A DNA stretch of 44,120 bases, taken from IMG/VR virus record IMGVR_UViG_3300025706_000009. The stretch is one strand, 5' to 3'. Shown here in pieces: positions 8,354-17,778 of this stretch; the stretch's first letter is position 1, and every line of letters starts with the position of its first letter. The notes beneath the pieces were generated by a model. It was not told the origin of the DNA and did no database searches. It saw only the letters and a list, made by a program, of their open reading frames with translations. Origin of the DNA: a virus. A program made the translations under genes and the position numbers.

Positions 8354-11300
8354 TGGCCAAGAGACTCTTTTACGCAATCCTCATCATAGCGGCCCTGGCC
8401 CTGCCGGTCGTCGCCGGTATCCAGAAGGGCTCCGGCGGGGGTACGGCCTCCGAGGTCTATGTAGACAACTCCACGGGGGGATGGACCGGGGATGACGCCC
8501 AGGCAGTCCTTGAGGAGATACAGGCATCCATAGCGGCCTATGCCACATCGGCCGGGGTTTCCGACGATGCCTATGATGCAACCGCGTGGAACGGCTCGAC
8601 CACGCTGGCCCCTTCCCAGAATGCAGTCAGGGACAAGATCGAGGCCGTTGTTGCCGCCCTGGCATCTCCGGCGGCTCACTACCTCACCGATCAGGCAGAG
8701 GGATCCCTCTCTGCCGAGGTGGTGGTATCGGCCAACGGCAAGGCTCTGGTGACAGCCGCGAACTATGCGGCCATGAAAGCCTTGCTCGACCTTGAGATCG
8801 GGACAGACATCCAGGCCTATGATGCAGACCTGACAACCTACGCGGGGATCACCCCGTCAGCGACCGTTCAGACCTTCCTGACCTCTGCGGACGCTTCAAC
8901 GGCACGGAATAACCTGGGGCTCTCCATCGGGTCGAATGTGCAGGCCTACGATGCAGACCTCACTTCTCTGGCTTCAGGGATCACTGGTCTTGTCAAAGGT
9001 GCAGGAAATGGTGGAGGGTACGCCGCGGCAGCCGCCGGGACCGATTATGTGGCTGTCGATGCTGACCTGACCTCGATAGCTGGCGGCATCACGGGCCTCG
9101 TCAAGGGCGCCGGTAACGGATCAGGCTTCAGCGCGGCCGTGGCGGGAACCGACTACCTGGCCCCCGCTGCCATAGGCGTCACGGTCCAGGGCCTCGATGC
9201 GGACCTCACGGCACTGGCCGGGATCTCGGGCTCCCGGGGCGACATTATCTACTACGGTGCGGCAGGATGGACCAGGCTCCCAAAGGGAACCGAGAACTAC
9301 ATCCTGACCCAGGGAGCGAATGATCCAGCATGGGCAGCAAACTCAGGCGGTGCCGGTGCTTCGGCCTTTTCCGACCTGACCGACATCGCGGTTAATGCCT
9401 CCACGGCAGGCCCTGTCTGGTGGGACGGTACCCAGGGGAGAGCGATCAAGGCCGGGGTTGCCGGATCATACCTGAAGAGCGACGGCACGTTCGACACTCC
9501 AGCCGGCGCAGGCGACATGCTGGTTGCGTCTTATCCTAATATCGTGGCCGTAGAAGCAGAGCCTGTCACGAACACCTACATGATGGTAGCCGACGGTTCT
9601 CAGTGGCAGTCGGTTGCCCCTGCAGACGTCAGGACCGCCCTCGGTCTGGTGATCGGCACCAATGTCCAGGCGTATGACGCTGACCTCACGACATTTGCCG
9701 GGATAACGCCATCTGCCAACGTGCAGAGCCTGCTGGGCTGTGCCGACTATTCAGCGATGAGGACGGCCCTCGGGCTTGCTATTGGAACGAACGTACAGGC
9801 TTACGATGCTGACCTGGCCACCTGGGCAGGAGTGACCCCGAGCGCCAACGGCCAGAGCCTTGTCGCTGCAGCGGATTACTCGGCAATGAGGACCCTGCTG
9901 TCTCTCGTACCCGGAACCAATGTGCAGGCATACGACGCGGATCTCGCTACCTTGGCGGCACCCACGGCGAACAGGATCTATTATTCCAATGGTTCTCAGG
10001 CACAGACGGCCGTTGCCCTCGGCGCGGCGAATACCGTATTCGTGGGGAACGGGACGACCTCTGCTCCGGGGTTCAGGGCGCTCGGCGTCGCGGATCTTCC
10101 GACCATAACCCCTGCCATCGGCGGGACCGGCGTGGCAAACGGGGCGAACAATACCATCACGTTTACCGGCAATTACACGCTCGGCTTGACGCTCTCGAAC
10201 AACACCGCCGTCACCCTTCCGACTACCGGCACCCTTGCGACGCTGGCAGGGTCTGAGGCCCTGACGAACAAATCGGTCAACGGGGTCACGCTCTCGGCGG
10301 CCTCGGACTACACCCTGACGGTGCCCGGAACCGGGACTGCGGCATTGACCAGCAACAAACTGAGTGCGTTCGCTGCCACGACATCGGCTGAACTGGCGGG
10401 TGTCATATCGGACGAGACAGGCAGCGGGGCACTTGTCCTCGCAACCTCCCCGACCCTCGTAACCCCGACCATCGGTGCTGCCACCATGACATCGCTCGTG
10501 CAGTCCGGGCAGACCATCGGGAGCAACATCATCGTAACCAACGGCTTCAGCGTCGATGCAGACGGCGACGTGACAGGAAAGTCGTTCACAACCCCGCAGG
10601 TCGCAGCGACGGCTGGTGAGGCTGTGCTCTATGCGGCAGAGGCAACCCCGTCGGGTCTGTATACATCCCTCAAGGGACCGGCGAGTGCACCGTCCGGCGG
10701 GGCATATTCCTTCCAGTTCACCAACACCCTGCCGAGCGCGGGACAGAGCTTCAAGTTCGGCACGGTGTCAAGCCGGATCGTGCCCCTGGAGTACACGACA
10801 TATGCAGAGCTCACCGGGGCGACATTCACCGGGGCCGTGCAGCTTCCCGCCGTTGGGACATCGCAGCACAGCCTTATTCTCCCCCACGGCACGGCTCATT
10901 CCTCTCCGACGAACGGCGAAATATGGACGACCACGAGCGGCCTGTACGCAAGAATCAACGGGAGCACGGTGGGGCCGTTTCTCGCATCGGGCAGCACCAC
11001 TCTCGATGGGGTAGGGAATCCAGGCGACAACAAGTCGTTTACGATGGGGCCATACACCCTCGGGTTCACCTCGTCCACGGCCACCTGGGGCGGCGTGACG
11101 ATATCCAACACGGCGGCAGATCCAAGCGCAGGAGCTCTCTTGACCCTCGGCTACACGGCTGACGGTGACGCACAGACGGTATTCCTCGACTGCCTGGACA
11201 ACTCTTCAGGGGACAGCAAATTCAAGGTCGGCCAGCATGGCATCCTGACCATGCCGGATGCATCGGCGTACATCGCCCTCGGTGCGGATCCCGCAGATCA

Positions 11301-12777
11301 GGGGGTCTTGAGGCTTGCAAATGCAACCGTGATAGCATGGGAAGATGCGACGGAATGCACCCTGACTCATGTGGATAATACGGGCCTGTCGCTTAATCTG
11401 GCCCTCGCTGTCGGTGGGGCTCTGACTGTGACCGGCAATATACTCCCCGGGTCCGCGGGTGGCTCTGACCTTGGCAGCACGGCGGCAGAATGGGGCGACC
11501 TCTATCTGCATGACGGTGGGGTCATCTACTTCCAGAATGACCAGAGTGTTTACCTGACACCTTCCGCTGGAACTCTTACGCTTACAGGGGCATTCGTGGC
11601 TGATTCTATATCCACTACCCGCACCACCGACCCGCAGTACATGAGGCTCTACGAGGGCAACGGTGAAGCTGGCGATAATTACTTCCAGATCACGGCCACA
11701 GCGATGGCGGCGAATGTGGCATTGACGGCACCGAGTGCACTTCCCGGCGGCGAAAACTACCTCCTGAACTGTGACGCAGACGGCACGATGGGCTGGACAG
11801 ACCCTGCAACCCTCGGCGGCGGTGGAGGCGGTACACTCACCACGCTTGAGGAAGCAAACTCCGGTGTGGGTGATGCCGATATTGTAACCCTCGACTTCGG
11901 GGCAGGGTTCGACCTCACAGAAGACCCCAACACGGAAATTAATGTAGCCCTCGACCTCACCGAGTACACGGGTGCAATAGGTTCAACCAGTGGAGAAATT
12001 GGCAACATCTACATGGGTGATGCGGCGGTGATCTACATGGGCGCAGATCAGGATGTTTCCCTTACCCATGTGGCAGACACGGGTATTATCCTAAACGATG
12101 CCATGCAGTTCCAGTTCAGGGATTCGGCCATTTACATTGCGTCCCTGAACGATGGGTACTTAGACATTGAAGCCGACACCGCAATCCGTATGCTCGGCCC
12201 GGTCGATATGGGAGTAAATGCACTGGACTGCGATTCCAACACGGTTACGTTGTCAACGGTATCAGGTGCCATAGACGCTGGCGGGGCCACATCTCTTGAG
12301 ATACCGAACAGCGATGACCCTGACGTTGATGCCGCTGGTGAAATCTCATGGGATACCGATGGATGGATGCGGGCCTATGACGGTTCGGCACAGGTTGCCA
12401 TTGCCCGTAAACTTGAGGAAATCCATGTCACGGTCGTAGCACCGAACGACCTTGCTGATGCTGTCCGTGACAAGTTCGTAGTTTGGTCGAACGAATCAGG
12501 CATGAGCTTCATCGTGACCGGATGGAAGGCGTGGAGTGGAACCGATAATACGGAGTTGAACATCGAGGAGTACGATGCTGACGGCCAGAACAATGCGACC
12601 GTGGACGCCGTGAACATCCAGACCGACGGAACCGGAATCTATACCGCATCGGATACTTCGATAACCGGTGCGACCATTGAGAACGGGCACCTGATAGCTC
12701 TGGACTTCGATGACGCCGACACGCCGACCTATGTAAAAATCACCATCTATGGCTACTATAATGCTGATGTGAACTGA
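8353..12777 (+). CDS. Large tail fibre/adhesin-like protein with internal repeats (1474 aa)
   Basis: Single long ORF. It has an N-terminal hydrophobic segment and repeated GTNVQAYDADLTxxAGITPSANVQSLL..ADYSAMRTALGL units. The composition is Gly/Thr/Ala-rich, as in fibres. Confidence 0.75.
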   Translation: MAKRLFYAILIIAALALPVVAGIQKGSGGGTASEVYVDNSTGGWTGDDAQAVLEEIQASIAAYATSAGVSDDAYDATAWNGSTTLAPSQNAVRDKIEAVVAALASPAAHYLTDQAEGSLSAEVVVSANGKALVTAANYAAMKALLDLEIGTDIQAYDADLTTYAGITPSATVQTFLTSADASTARNNLGLSIGSNVQAYDADLTSLASGITGLVKGAGNGGGYAAAAAGTDYVAVDADLTSIAGGITGLVKGAGNGSGFSAAVAGTDYLAPAAIGVTVQGLDADLTALAGISGSRGDIIYYGAAGWTRLPKGTENYILTQGANDPAWAANSGGAGASAFSDLTDIAVNASTAGPVWWDGTQGRAIKAGVAGSYLKSDGTFDTPAGAGDMLVASYPNIVAVEAEPVTNTYMMVADGSQWQSVAPADVRTALGLVIGTNVQAYDADLTTFAGITPSANVQSLLGCADYSAMRTALGLAIGTNVQAYDADLATWAGVTPSANGQSLVAAADYSAMRTLLSLVPGTNVQAYDADLATLAAPTANRIYYSNGSQAQTAVALGAANTVFVGNGTTSAPGFRALGVADLPTITPAIGGTGVANGANNTITFTGNYTLGLTLSNNTAVTLPTTGTLATLAGSEALTNKSVNGVTLSAASDYTLTVPGTGTAALTSNKLSAFAATTSAELAGVISDETGSGALVLATSPTLVTPTIGAATMTSLVQSGQTIGSNIIVTNGFSVDADGDVTGKSFTTPQVAATAGEAVLYAAEATPSGLYTSLKGPASAPSGGAYSFQFTNTLPSAGQSFKFGTVSSRIVPLEYTTYAELTGATFTGAVQLPAVGTSQHSLILPHGTAHSSPTNGEIWTTTSGLYARINGSTVGPFLASGSTTLDGVGNPGDNKSFTMGPYTLGFTSSTATWGGVTISNTAADPSAGALLTLGYTADGDAQTVFLDCLDNSSGDSKFKVGQHGILTMPDASAYIALGADPADQGVLRLANATVIAWEDATECTLTHVDNTGLSLNLALAVGGALTVTGNILPGSAGGSDLGSTAAEWGDLYLHDGGVIYFQNDQSVYLTPSAGTLTLTGAFVADSISTTRTTDPQYMRLYEGNGEAGDNYFQITATAMAANVALTAPSALPGGENYLLNCDADGTMGWTDPATLGGGGGGTLTTLEEANSGVGDADIVTLDFGAGFDLTEDPNTEINVALDLTEYTGAIGSTSGEIGNIYMGDAAVIYMGADQDVSLTHVADTGIILNDAMQFQFRDSAIYIASLNDGYLDIEADTAIRMLGPVDMGVNALDCDSNTVTLSTVSGAIDAGGATSLEIPNSDDPDVDAAGEISWDTDGWMRAYDGSAQVAIARKLEEIHVTVVAPNDLADAVRDKFVVWSNESGMSFIVTGWKAWSGTDNTELNIEEYDADGQNNATVDAVNIQTDGTGIYTASDTSITGATIENGHLIALDFDDADTPTYVKITIYGYYNADVN
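8791..9225 (+). repeat. Fibre repeat cluster 1 (in-frame xQAYDADLT / GITGLVKGAGNG units)
   Basis: Read in translation: IQAYDADLTTYAGITPS..., VQAYDADLTSLASGITGLVKGAGNGGGY, VDADLTSIAGGITGLVKGAGNGSGF, LDADLTALAGISG. Confidence 0.8.
9631..9960 (+). repeat. Fibre repeat cluster 2 (three ~120-nt / 40-aa tandem units)
   Basis: ALGLVIGTNVQAYDADLTTFAGITPSANVQSLLGCADYSAMRT / ALGLAIGTNVQAYDADLATWAGVTPSANGQSLVAAADYSAMRT / LLSLVPGTNVQAYDADLATLAA. Confidence 0.85.
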
Positions 12778-12786
12778 GGTGAACCC

Positions 12787-13548
12787 ATGAAGCGAATCCT
12801 CATACTGACAATCCTGCTCATGTCCTCGCTGGCATGGGCAGGGAGTACGACGGTGGTGGTGGGGCAGGGGGGCGGGGCTCCAGTTGCTTTCTGCTCTGGA
12901 TCTGTACTGTTCTGTGAAGACTTCGAGGGAACAGATACTTCCTGGGATGTAGCCGAGTCACTTGACTGTGATGGGTATGATTCAGATGGAGTTTACTGCG
13001 ACGATGACACATCGGTTTCTATGGAGGGGTCGGAGGTTCTCGGAGTCCGGGGGCCTAATACTGACTATATACAAGAGGCCCTATCTTCCTCCGATCAGAC
13101 AGAATTGTATTTTGAAGTGTGGTGGAGAGTTAATAACGTAAGCGGAGTGAGATCAGGTCCAGGGTGTTATACATCGGGGGGATATCAGTCAATATCATTG
13201 GATCAGTCTTGGGGGACTCTTAGAGCCATTATAAAAGGTGGGACTGCTGGGCTTAATACATCCAAAACAGATTTTGCTGCAAATACCAAATATCATATAG
13301 GAGTCTACTGGAAGATTGAGACTGCGGCAGGAAACAATGATGGAATTGTGAGGGTTTGGATGAATACTGATGGAGGTGAATTTGATGCAGCGGATTTGAT
13401 TTTGAATAATACCTCAGTTGATACTGGAGCCGAAAGCGAAGGATGGCAAGCTGATGTTTGGAGAATACCGGGTCCGGCGGCAGGATATGTGAGCTACACA
13501 GATAACAATAGAGCTGTTGCAGGAGCACCGTCATGGGCATACGAATAA
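12787..13548 (+). CDS. Secreted-type protein, possibly a ConA/LamG-like carbohydrate-binding fold (253 aa)
   Basis: Sec-type signal MKRILILTILLMSSLAWAGS. The segment YHIGVYWKIETAAGNNDGIVRVWMNTDG resembles lectin/glucanase-fold proteins. Low-GC DNA. The fold call is weak. Confidence 0.55.
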   Translation: MKRILILTILLMSSLAWAGSTTVVVGQGGGAPVAFCSGSVLFCEDFEGTDTSWDVAESLDCDGYDSDGVYCDDDTSVSMEGSEVLGVRGPNTDYIQEALSSSDQTELYFEVWWRVNNVSGVRSGPGCYTSGGYQSISLDQSWGTLRAIIKGGTAGLNTSKTDFAANTKYHIGVYWKIETAAGNNDGIVRVWMNTDGGEFDAADLILNNTSVDTGAESEGWQADVWRIPGPAAGYVSYTDNNRAVAGAPSWAYE

Positions 13549-15029
13549 TAAGGATCATACTGCTTTCTATTCTTATTCCTTCTGTTCTTTGGGCTCTTCC
13601 CGCCTTTCCTGGGGCTGAGGGCATGGGGGCATCAGCCACCGGGGGAAGAGGCGGCACGGTCTATGTGGTGGATACGCTCTCCGATAATCCAGATGATGGG
13701 GTTACGTTCAGGGAGGCATGTGTTGCATCCGGGGCAAGGATCATTGTTTTCTCGGTGTCTGGGACCATTAATTTACTGACTACCCTGACGGTCAGTAACG
13801 ATAATCTTACCATTGCGGGTCAGACTTCACCCGGGGGCATCTGCATCTCGGGTGCATCATTCATTCTATCCCAGGTGGAAAATGTAATCATAACCCACAT
13901 GCGATTCCGCAAAGGCTCTCATATTGGAGATGCTGACACGGCTCGGTCTATTGAAATTAACGGAACACAGAACAATACTGATCCAGCGCATAATATTATC
14001 ATAGACCATTGCTCCTTTTCTTGGGGGCCGGACACCAATGTCAGCATCAACTACACGGTCTATGATGTCACACTCTCATGGTGCATGATCACCTGGGGGC
14101 TGCAAGATCCGCACAGTGAGTCTAATCACGGTCTCGGAACACAGATATGGGGAAGATACACACAGACTTATAATACAGTTCCCTATGGCATTACTATGCA
14201 CCATTGTTTCCATGGATATAATTATTACAGATTGCCCGAGCTCACCTTTGCGGGGTTTATGGACCTTACTAATAATGTATCCTACTATTGGCATTCGACT
14301 TACGCGCCGTATTTGCAGCCCATGAATGACGGTGGTACGAACAAGCTCGGCTATGCCAATATGAAACACTGTTATGCTGATGTGAGGTCGGGCGAGGGCA
14401 ATGACCAGGACTCCTCACGATCCGCAATTCTTTATCCATCGTCGGTGACAGCCTATCAGGCAATTTACATGACCGGATGTCTTTCGGGGGCCAGGACATC
14501 ACAGGGTGCCTCTCAATGGGATGTGGGGCAATACGACTCAGGTGGTGGATGGGGATTGAACCTCATCTCTACGAATTGGCAGAGCGGGACCGAGTTCGAA
14601 GTACGCGATATCCCGGTCACGGCTACTACCATGAGCAGCGAATACGCCGCCACCGTTGTGGCTGGATGTGGGGCCAATAGGATCTCATCGACCACCGAGG
14701 TCACTAGGGACGCCGTTGACGCATCAGCCCTATCCAATTATATTGCAGGAACCGGAGCTTATGAGGCTGATGTGACATATCCCGATGACTGGCCCACGTT
14801 CTCCACTTCCAGCGACAACCCCACCGACTCGGACAGCGATGGTATGTGGGACACCACTGAAACAGCCGTGTTCGGAGATCTGACCAAGGACGGGACCGCC
14901 GACACGGACGGGGATGGATACTATGATTTTGAGGAGTACTTATTCTACCTCGGTGGCTATCAGGAGTCCGAATCCCCCTCCACGCCATCTATCCGCTCTG
15001 GCGGCATACGCAGTGGAGGTATCAGATGA
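13533..15029 (+). CDS. Pectate lyase-like (PL1, right-handed beta-helix) polysaccharide depolymerase with an N-terminal signal-like helix and a C-terminal Ca-binding-type Asp repeat (498 aa)
   Basis: FPGAEGMGASATGGRGGTVYVVDTLSD...IIVFSVSGTINL...LTIAGQTSPGGICISG...VIITHMRFRKG matches the PL1 N-terminal signature from memory. The C-terminus reads DSDSDGMWD...DTDGDGYYDFEEY. Confidence 0.8.
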   Translation: MGIRIIRIILLSILIPSVLWALPAFPGAEGMGASATGGRGGTVYVVDTLSDNPDDGVTFREACVASGARIIVFSVSGTINLLTTLTVSNDNLTIAGQTSPGGICISGASFILSQVENVIITHMRFRKGSHIGDADTARSIEINGTQNNTDPAHNIIIDHCSFSWGPDTNVSINYTVYDVTLSWCMITWGLQDPHSESNHGLGTQIWGRYTQTYNTVPYGITMHHCFHGYNYYRLPELTFAGFMDLTNNVSYYWHSTYAPYLQPMNDGGTNKLGYANMKHCYADVRSGEGNDQDSSRSAILYPSSVTAYQAIYMTGCLSGARTSQGASQWDVGQYDSGGGWGLNLISTNWQSGTEFEVRDIPVTATTMSSEYAATVVAGCGANRISSTTEVTRDAVDASALSNYIAGTGAYEADVTYPDDWPTFSTSSDNPTDSDSDGMWDTTETAVFGDLTKDGTADTDGDGYYDFEEYLFYLGGYQESESPSTPSIRSGGIRSGGIR

Positions 15030-15295
15030 ACCCGATCAAGGTACGGATTCTGTACGGCCTGATAAGCGTCCTCACGGTATTCTGTCTCGCCCTCTCCGGG
15101 CAGGTCGGCGGGCAGGTCAGCTCCGGCTCGGGGGGCGGGGGGGCTGGAGACACCTGCGGCACGGGCGGACTCGCCACTCTGTCGAATTTGCAGAACGCTA
15201 CGGCAGGGTCTGACCCGTCGTGGATTGAGGGCAGCGAGCCAACACCCCCCTCCACCCCCTCTTTCACCGGCGTCATGACCGGCAGCATAAGGTAA
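15026..15295 (+). CDS. Small signal-peptide protein, Gly/Ser/Pro-rich (89 aa)
   Basis: The ATG overlaps the upstream stop (ATGA). N-terminus MNPIKVRILYGLISVLTVFCLALSGQ. Confidence 0.5.
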   Translation: MNPIKVRILYGLISVLTVFCLALSGQVGGQVSSGSGGGGAGDTCGTGGLATLSNLQNATAGSDPSWIEGSEPTPPSTPSFTGVMTGSIR

Positions 15296-15311
15296 GAAAG
15301 GAGATCATTAT

Positions 15312-15962
15312 ATGGCCTTCGATAAGACAAAACCAGCCGGAACCACACCGCTGAAGACTTCGGACGATCAGATCAGGGCAAACAACGAAGCCCTTGAGAC
15401 TGCCATCGGCCAGGATCACGACTTCGCCACGGGCAGCACCCAGACCGGGAAGCACAAGCAGGTCATATTCAAGGCCCCCATCACCAAGCCTTCTTTGGCA
15501 GCCGACGAGGGCGCCCTCTTCACCAAGACCGTGAGCACCAAGAGCGAACTGGTCTACGAGGACGAGGACGGAAACGAGGTGCCCATCACCAGTGGAGGGA
15601 AGCTCGCAGCGGTGGTGGGTTCAGCAAAGGCCGTTCTCAGAATTATCAAGGTGAGGTTGGAGTATTTTAGCGCCATTTACAGTAGGATAACGATTACGAG
15701 CATATACAACGGGGACACGCTCGAAGTGACGACCGTGGCCGATACATCGAACTATTACAAGTTCAACGTCACGGGAAACTGCCTTGGCGTTCTTGGCCTG
15801 TTTGTTACAAGCAGGACCGGAAGCGGCTCTGGAGCTGCAGAACCCTACGCATACGCTTCCAGTAATGACATGACCATACGGTTCATGTCCGGCGACTTCA
15901 AGGAAAATCTGCCTCTGAACAACAGCATAGAATTCACCATCTCCTACCTGACCGACGCATGA
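15312..15962 (+). CDS. Putative tail fibre/tail-associated protein with a mosaic C-terminal domain (216 aa)
   Basis: RBS gaaAGGAGatc precedes the ATG. The N-terminus (MAFDKTKPAGTTPLKTSDDQIRANNEAL...GKHKQV...DGNEVPIT) resembles conserved N-terminal adaptors of podovirus fibres. The DNA becomes AT-richer after about 15625. Confidence 0.5.
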   Translation: MAFDKTKPAGTTPLKTSDDQIRANNEALETAIGQDHDFATGSTQTGKHKQVIFKAPITKPSLAADEGALFTKTVSTKSELVYEDEDGNEVPITSGGKLAAVVGSAKAVLRIIKVRLEYFSAIYSRITITSIYNGDTLEVTTVADTSNYYKFNVTGNCLGVLGLFVTSRTGSGSGAAEPYAYASSNDMTIRFMSGDFKENLPLNNSIEFTISYLTDA

Positions 15963-15969
15963 GGAGCGC

Positions 15970-17778
15970 ATGAACGACTTTCAGCCCTTTCCCATCTACG
16001 ACCTGAAATATGGCAAGGTCACGGCCAAGAAGCCGTGGCTGTTGCCCCAGGACGCCTTCAAGGAGCTCCTGAACGCCTACGTCGAGCGGGGTGTCCTGAA
16101 GAAGCGCAAGGGCTATACCGAGTGGGGCCGCATGGTCCACCTGGTGGAAGATGAATCAGTGGGGACAGGCGATAAGAGCGAGGTCACTTTCTCCGGCACC
16201 CTGGCGAACGTGCCTATCAGGGACCTTGAGATCACCGATGGCGTGGAGAAGTTCACCGACAACGGCGACGGGACGTTGACCGGCGATGCCGGAGGGGTCG
16301 GAACGATAGTGTACGAAACGGGGGCCTTTTCCGTGACTTTCAATGCTGCCCCGGAGATCGACGCCGACATCACGGCCGATTATAACTTCTACCCGGGCCT
16401 TCCGGTCATGGGGATCTGGGAGCACTACACGGCGACCGGCAGATATCTCCTGGCCTTCGACACAAAGAGAATGTGCAAGTACAACACGGCAACGAGCCTG
16501 CTCAACGACATGGCCGAGGAGGACACCTGGACCGGCCTGGATTACAACTTCTTTCATTGCTGCAGCGCGACCGACGACAAGATTTACATAACGAACGGGG
16601 TTGACCAGATCAGGACCTGGGACGGGACCACACTCGCTGCCCTGACGGTCGATTACACGGGCGGGTCCACGAACAAGGTCAATACCTGCAAGTTCATCTT
16701 CGAGTATCACGGTCACATCGTCCTTCTGGCGCCGACCGAGGAAACCACCTTCAGGCCACGGAGATGCAGGAGCAGCACAGCGGGGACCTACACGACCTGG
16801 CCCTCCTACGGCTGGGTGGACTGCCCGACACCTGACGAGATCATGGGCGCCCAGATGATCGGCAATGTCCTGTATGTCTGGTTCAAGGAGAGCCTCTGGA
16901 AGCTGAACTATACCGGGATCTACACCAGCCCGTTCGAGTGGGAACGAGTCAGCCAGGAGGAAGGCCTCTACGCACCATTCTCCACCATCACCATCGGCGG
17001 GAAGAGCTACGGCATAGGCAAGAGCGCCATTATCGCCACCGACGGCGTGAACCTTGCGCCCGTTGATTCGGCCATACCTGATGGGATCATATCCGACTAC
17101 GACGTCGGACAGGTCAAGTACTGGTATGCCGGGAAGATCCGCGACCTCAGGCAGATCTGGTGGACGGCCTTCGCCGTGGGATCGACCGAGCCTGACAGGG
17201 TGCTCGCCTTCAATTATGAGGACGGCAACTTCTTCCCGTATGACCTGGCCTTCATGTGCTTCGGCAGCTACACGGCAGGATCTACCCTGACCATGGACGA
17301 CATCGAGGACGCCTGGGACGACATCGAGTACACCTGGGACACCGGGAGCGCCGTGGCTGGGTATCCGCTCAAGCTGGCAGGGGACCATGACGGGTACATC
17401 TTCCTGACCAATGACGGGTATAACGACAACGGGGAGGACATCAAGTTCCTGGCCGAGACAGGGGAATGGAACCCCTACATCCAGAACGGCCTGGAGGCGA
17501 ACCTTGGCTGGGTCGATTTCTTCCTTACCACGAACGATGAAACCGAGCTCACCATAGACTTCTACTGTGACCAGGACCCGACCGCGTACCTGACCAGGAC
17601 GCTCGCCTTCGAGGATGAGAGCGGCAGGGACAAGGTGACGGTCTGGAAGAGGGTTTATGTAGGAGCCGTGGGCAGCCACCACCGGATGAGGATATACCAC
17701 ACGGCCAGCGAGCAGCCCGTCGAGATCCACGCCATCGTGCCGTACTTCAAGCAGGAGGGGGCGATCCATGGCTATTAA
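15970..17778 (+). CDS. Putative tail tubular/nozzle-like structural protein (602 aa)
   Basis: Size and position are upstream of the internal-virion-like genes. Repeated beta-strand-rich W/Y/G motifs suggest a propeller-like fold. No diagnostic motif. The antisense ORF 16156..17817 is judged to be a shadow ORF. Confidence 0.5.
   Translation: MNDFQPFPIYDLKYGKVTAKKPWLLPQDAFKELLNAYVERGVLKKRKGYTEWGRMVHLVEDESVGTGDKSEVTFSGTLANVPIRDLEITDGVEKFTDNGDGTLTGDAGGVGTIVYETGAFSVTFNAAPEIDADITADYNFYPGLPVMGIWEHYTATGRYLLAFDTKRMCKYNTATSLLNDMAEEDTWTGLDYNFFHCCSATDDKIYITNGVDQIRTWDGTTLAALTVDYTGGSTNKVNTCKFIFEYHGHIVLLAPTEETTFRPRRCRSSTAGTYTTWPSYGWVDCPTPDEIMGAQMIGNVLYVWFKESLWKLNYTGIYTSPFEWERVSQEEGLYAPFSTITIGGKSYGIGKSAIIATDGVNLAPVDSAIPDGIISDYDVGQVKYWYAGKIRDLRQIWWTAFAVGSTEPDRVLAFNYEDGNFFPYDLAFMCFGSYTAGSTLTMDDIEDAWDDIEYTWDTGSAVAGYPLKLAGDHDGYIFLTNDGYNDNGEDIKFLAETGEWNPYIQNGLEANLGWVDFFLTTNDETELTIDFYCDQDPTAYLTRTLAFEDESGRDKVTVWKRVYVGAVGSHHRMRIYHTASEQPVEIHAIVPYFKQEGAIHGY

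Noticed and set aside
8353-12777. Diversity-generating retroelement targeting the fibre (repeat pairs as TR/VR)
   Set aside because: No reverse transcriptase ORF exists anywhere in the genome. The repeats are in-frame tandem protein repeats, not a distant template/variable pair with adenine-specific differences.
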